Position numbers and translations under genes: made by a program | Source of the DNA: Ktedonobacterales bacterium | GTDB taxonomy: Bacteria; Chloroflexota; Ktedonobacteria; Ktedonobacterales; JADMIN01 | Direction: 5' to 3' | Length of the DNA stretch: 32,000 nt | Assembly: GCA_030167145.1 (NCBI GenBank) | Contig: CP126532.1 | Coordinates: 2,940,001-2,972,000, forward strand | Notes under the pieces: generated by a model | The model's database searches: none | What the model was told of the DNA's origin: nothing | The model's input: the letters and a program-made list of their open reading frames with translations, nothing else | In this document: one piece after another, positions 31,961 through 32,000 of the stretch | How the letters are laid out: each line of letters opens with the position of its first letter | How positions within the stretch are numbered: the stretch's first letter is position 1

Positions 31961-32000
31961 GTTTCCGCCCCCCCAGTTCCTGCACCTGCGCGCGTAGGGC

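Overview
High-GC bacterial chromosomal window. Hand counts on single 60-nt lines give 42/60 to 45/60 G+C in core genes and 28/60 to 32/60 in several accessory genes. Shine-Dalgarno-led genes, a DUF4367-like anti-sigma factor, a T-box leader and an actinobacterial-type ValRS suggest a Terrabacteria lineage such as Chloroflexota, but this is inference only. I support 33 protein-coding genes. I saw no rRNA, tRNA, CRISPR array or transposase. From the left, the window holds a partial PQQ-type sugar dehydrogenase, bcp, and a four-gene ECF sigma / anti-sigma / lipoprotein / beta-propeller lipoprotein cluster, then a membrane protein with a lectin-like C-terminus. Positions 7.06-9.5 kb form a lower-GC islet with two convergent PIN toxin-antitoxin modules, one followed by a translationally coupled GNAT gene. 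Two related fragments of a PadR-like gene 5-prime end punctuate this islet. Next comes valS with a T-box leader and an in-frame duplicated KMSKS loop, then a Gly-x4 repeat membrane protein carrying a perfect 30-bp tandem repeat. Further right are a PQQ-like propeller, two MBL-fold proteins, an Eis-like GNAT, amt, an ArsR-rhodanese / MBL / MFS operon that looks like a sulfide-persulfide response unit, and a P450 next to a low-GC beta-helix-like protein. The most enigmatic locus lies at 25.27-27.5 kb. There a near-consensus promoter feeds a two-hairpin RNA with a terminator, followed by an Arg-rich 113-aa ORF, twin 26-nt hairpin repeats and an orphan 495-aa protein that may be phage-tail-like. 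The right end carries VOC, DinD/Bro-N-like, SDR and two secreted or lipoprotein genes. All family assignments rest on my reading of the translated ORFs and remembered family motifs; no database search was run.
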